A program made the position numbers and the translations under genes. A DNA stretch of 64,000 bases from an uncultured Thermoleophilia bacterium (lineage in GTDB: Bacteria; Actinomycetota; Thermoleophilia; UBA2241), in assembly GCA_963715985.1 (NCBI GenBank), contig CAVQSP010000014.1:320001-384000 (forward strand), written 5' to 3'. The notes under the pieces were generated by a model. It had not been told where the DNA came from and made no database searches. It saw only the letters and a list, made by a program, of their open reading frames with translations. This document shows, piece after piece, positions 60,654 through 64,000 of the stretch (positions are counted from its first letter, which is position 1; every line of letters starts with the position of its first letter).

Positions 60654-60875
60654 ATGGCTCGTCTGTTGATGATCCTGACGTACATCGCCGGTGGTGTCGG
60701 CGTGGCGGTGGGCTTCTACGTGCTCGGTCAGGGGTCCGGGCATGGCGAGGACGCCCTCATCGCCGTCACCATCGGCTTCTGCGTCGTGATGGGCGGCCTC
60801 AGCTGGGTGCGCCACTTCCTGCTCGTCGTCATCGCGGCCACCGCCCTGGCAGACGCCGGGGTGCGCCCGTTGTGA
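60654..60875 (+). CDS. Small membrane protein
   Basis: RBS AGGAGG; two to three hydrophobic segments. Confidence 0.5.
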   Translation: MARLLMILTYIAGGVGVAVGFYVLGQGSGHGEDALIAVTIGFCVVMGGLSWVRHFLLVVIAATALADAGVRPL

Positions 60876-60883
60876 GGGGGGAC

Positions 60884-61411
60884 ATGGCACCGTTCGTCAT
60901 CATCGCGGTGGGGCTCATCGCCGCTACCATCCATCTGTTCGTGAGCCGCACGCCGCGTACCGCCGACCGCGTCCTCGCTCTGTATCTGCTCTACACGCTG
61001 CTGCTCGGCGTCGGTATCGGCGGTCTGTTCTCGGCCGTCGGCCACCTGGCCTTTGCGGACAGGGTGGCCGAGCAGCTGGGATGGCCCAGCGGCACGGGCT
61101 TCCAGACCGAGGTGGGTCTCTTCGACCTGGCCTTCGGCGTTCTCGGCGTGTGCTGCATCTGGTTCCGCGACCAGTGGTGGAACGCCACGGCGATAGGATG
61201 GGCGATCTTCGGTGTCGGCGCCGCGGCCAATCACCTCCTCGACGTCACCGCGAAGGGCGACAGCGCCAGCGGCAACGTCGGCTCCCTGGTCCTCGACCTG
61301 GTCGTCCCGGCGCTTCTGCTGGGCCTGCTCGTCGCCCTTCGGGTGGCGCAGCGCGGTCGCGCCCCGTCCGTCACGGCGGGATCCGCTTCGTCCGCGGCGG
61401 GCGGCGATTGA
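60884..61411 (+). CDS. DUF6790-like membrane protein
   Basis: GHLAFADRVAEQLGWPSGTGFQTEVG. Confidence 0.7.
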   Translation: MAPFVIIAVGLIAATIHLFVSRTPRTADRVLALYLLYTLLLGVGIGGLFSAVGHLAFADRVAEQLGWPSGTGFQTEVGLFDLAFGVLGVCCIWFRDQWWNATAIGWAIFGVGAAANHLLDVTAKGDSASGNVGSLVLDLVVPALLLGLLVALRVAQRGRAPSVTAGSASSAAGGD

Positions 61412-61450
61412 CCGCGTGACCGAGTGTCGAGCGCGTCCGGCAGATCGCGA

Positions 61451-61666
61451 TCAGGCTTCCTTGTGGTACTTGAACGACGCCTTCACCTTGGCCCTGTAGG
61501 CCACGACCTTGTTGTCGACGATGTGAAGGTCGAGCTGGGTGACCTCCGCCACGCGCAGGTCCTCGAGGTGCGAGGCGGCCTCTTCCACCGCCGTCTTGGC
61601 CGCCTCCTCCCACGACGTGTCGCTGGTGCCGATGATCTCGATCACCTTGTAGACGCTGCCGGCCAT
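61451..61666 (-). CDS. Dodecin-family protein
   Basis: SVYKVIEIIGTSDTSWEEAAKTAV..YRAKVKASFKY; RBS AAGGAGG. Confidence 0.92.
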   Translation of the reverse strand: MAGSVYKVIEIIGTSDTSWEEAAKTAVEEAASHLEDLRVAEVTQLDLHIVDNKVVAYRAKVKASFKYHKEA

Positions 61667-61771
61667 GGCTCCTCCTTCGCGACATGTGGATGGTCCACGC
61701 TCATCCTGCCCGTCGCCGGCGCGGAAGCAGCGTTGGGTCCGGCGGTCAGGGCCACGGGCGGTGACGGTCCC

Positions 61772-63130
61772 GTGACCGTCACTGAGCCCTCCGCCGGCAT
61801 GCCGGTCGACGCGCTCGTCGCGGAGATCGGCTCCACCACCACCGTGGTCTCCGCGTTCGCCGGGCTGCGGGAGCCGTCCTCGACGCCCCACCTGGTCGGG
61901 CAGGGCGTCGCCGCCACCACGGTGGCCGACGGCGACGTGACCATCGGTGTCGGCGCCGCCCGGGCGCAGCTGGAGGCGGCCACAGGGCCGCTGGCGCCCT
62001 CCGTCACGCTGGCGACCAGCTCTGCGGCCGGCGGCCTGCGCATGACGGTGCACGGCCTCACGCAGCGCATGACGGCCATGGCGGCGCGCGAGGCCGCCCT
62101 GGGGGCCGGCGCGGTGGTCAAGTACCAGACCGCCGGCCTCCTGCGCGACCGCGACCTCCGCGAGATCGAGGCCGTTCGCCCCAACCTCATCCTCCTCGCC
62201 GGCGGCGTGGAGGGCGGCGACTGCGACACGGTGCTGGAGAACGCCCGTCGCCTCACCGATCTCGAGACGCGGCCGATCGTCGTGTACGCCGGCAACTCCG
62301 TGGTGTGCGCCGACGCTCAGGAGGTGCTGGAGACCGCCGGCTTCAAGGTCCGGCTCACCAGCAACGTGTACCCGGGCATCGACGAGCTGGACATCGTGCC
62401 CGCCCGGGCGGTCATCCACGACGCCTTCGAAGAGCACATCGTCCACGCGCCGGGCATGGAGCGCATCGGAGAGGTGGTCGGCGGGCGCATCCTGCCCACG
62501 CCGGGTGCGGTGCTCCTCGCGGCCGAAGTGCTGGCCGCTGAGGCCGGGGACCTCGTCGTCGTCGACGTGGGCGGCGCGACCACCGACGTGCACTCCATCA
62601 CCGACGGCAGTCCGGAGATCGCGGCGCTGATGACCGAGCCGCAGCCGCACAGCAAGCGCACGGTGGAGGGCGACCTGGGCACGTACGTCAGCGCGCCGCA
62701 CGTCGTGGAGATGCTGGCGGCGCAGGAGCGGCCCGTGCATCTGCCGCCGCCGCTGCCCTCGACGCGTGAGGAGATCGCGGCGGCGGTGACGCTGACGCAC
62801 TTCGCCGCCGTGACCGCCGTCCAGCGGCACGCCGGCAAGCTCACCCACCTCTACACGCCGAGTGGGCGCCAGACGGTGGCGCGCGGACGCGATCTGACGG
62901 CGTGCCGTCTGCTCATCGGCACGGGCGGGGCCCTCACGAGGCTGCCGGGCGGTGGAGCCATCCTTGCCGACGCGCGCGCGAGGACGGGCGGCGGGGAGAG
63001 GCTGCTGCCGCCGCCCGATGCGCGCATCGCCCTCGACGCGGACTACGTCTTCGCCTGCTGCGGCGCCTTGCTCGCGCACTTCCCACCTGCGGCGGTGCTG
63101 GCGCTCCTGCGCCGCAGCGCCGGCATCTGA
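61772..63130 (+). CDS. GlmL/MutL-related ornithine aminomutase reactivase
   Basis: VAEIGSTTT, ATSSAAGGLRM, VDVGGATTDVHS, KRTVEGDLG, IGTGGALTRL. Confidence 0.9.
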   Translation: MTVTEPSAGMPVDALVAEIGSTTTVVSAFAGLREPSSTPHLVGQGVAATTVADGDVTIGVGAARAQLEAATGPLAPSVTLATSSAAGGLRMTVHGLTQRMTAMAAREAALGAGAVVKYQTAGLLRDRDLREIEAVRPNLILLAGGVEGGDCDTVLENARRLTDLETRPIVVYAGNSVVCADAQEVLETAGFKVRLTSNVYPGIDELDIVPARAVIHDAFEEHIVHAPGMERIGEVVGGRILPTPGAVLLAAEVLAAEAGDLVVVDVGGATTDVHSITDGSPEIAALMTEPQPHSKRTVEGDLGTYVSAPHVVEMLAAQERPVHLPPPLPSTREEIAAAVTLTHFAAVTAVQRHAGKLTHLYTPSGRQTVARGRDLTACRLLIGTGGALTRLPGGGAILADARARTGGGERLLPPPDARIALDADYVFACCGALLAHFPPAAVLALLRRSAGI

Positions 63131-63624
63131 GTCGCGCGCCCCGAGCAGGTCGCCGCTTCGCCGCAGGCACGCTACGCTGCCTGGGCGGGCGATCGACTCG
63201 TTCATGATTGTGCGGCCCCTGCCGATAAGCATTTCGAGGCGCTCGGCCGCCGCTGCGTGCTCGAGCTGGTCTCAGTGACCCGGGTACGTGATAGAGTGCG
63301 CAACCGCAGGCTGACAACAGTGAGGCTAGACAATTGAAGCCACGGTTACGATGTGTTTAGATTACCGCGTCGCGAACTCGGGGATGAGGAGGTTGAGTGT
63401 CGGAACGAGCACAGGCGATGTCCCCAACCGCCGCAGAGGGTTAGGCTACACAGGCCCGCGGCCCCGGATGAAGGGAGAGGTCCATTCCCGTCGAAGAGGA
63501 CGCTGACCGCCGCCTCGGCGGCTGATATTCACCATGCTGCCGGCGCGGTATACCGCGGCGGTAGTTGAGATATAGTGAGACAGAGTGTGGAAATGCGCTT
63601 CAGGGCAAAGAAACTAGGAGGTCC

Positions 63625-64000
63625 ATGGTGATGAGGAGTTCAAGCAGCTCCGGTAGCGTGAAGCGGTTGTGGCGCATCGGTGCCTTCGTCCTGCTGATCG
63701 CACTGCTCGCCGCCGGCGCCGCGTTCGCGGCCCCGGCCGCGCAGGCGCTGGGCAGCATCGAAGGCACGCTCACGGCCGCCACCGGTCCGGGCGCCGGCAG
63801 TGCGCTCGAGAACATCAGTGTCTACGCGTTCGACCCCGCCGACGTCTCCGCCTACGCGCTGCCCAACCTGGCGCTTGCGGTCGACTCGGCCACGACCGGC
63901 GTCGACGGCAGGTACCACCTCGACGTCCCCAACGGCACCTACGCCGTCTGGTTCAGCGACGGCCTCATGCAGCTGCCGCCGGTGCCGACGGTCAACGACT
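63625..64000 (+). CDS. 5' part of a secreted protein with a carboxypeptidase-regulatory-like domain
   Basis: RBS AGGAGG; signal peptide ..AAPAAQA; GSIEGTLT, TTGVDGRYHL..GTYAVWF; open to the window end. Confidence 0.7.
   Translation, partial: MVMRSSSSSGSVKRLWRIGAFVLLIALLAAGAAFAAPAAQALGSIEGTLTAATGPGAGSALENISVYAFDPADVSAYALPNLALAVDSATTGVDGRYHLDVPNGTYAVWFSDGLMQLPPVPTVND

Overview
Very GC-rich bacterial chromosomal DNA, probably an anaerobic Actinomycetota of Thermoleophilia type. That host call is inferred from composition and gene style, not proven. Many single-base frameshifts hit even housekeeping genes, which looks like long-read assembly error. The centrepiece is a ~20 kb chromosomal integron (10284-30421). 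Its IntI integrase is transcribed toward the array (inverted-integrase layout), followed by a BrnTA module, a candidate attI, 18 attC hairpins of 83-91 bp and one half site. Most attC sites carry non-canonical GAC and/or GTC recombination triplets. Cassettes include four toxin-antitoxin pairs, a Nim-like nitroimidazole reductase, a YjhP-like methyltransferase and a ~5.1 kb inverted four-gene MalT/LuxR unit. Flanking DNA holds duplicated MoxR-AAA/vWA systems around DUF2284, a DAK2-DegV fusion, pntAB, a pentose-phosphate cluster (tal, pgi, gnd, zwf, pgl), RNase P RNA, an AddAB-like helicase-nuclease and an oxidative ornithine degradation cluster (ord, ortAB, oraSE, GlmL-like).
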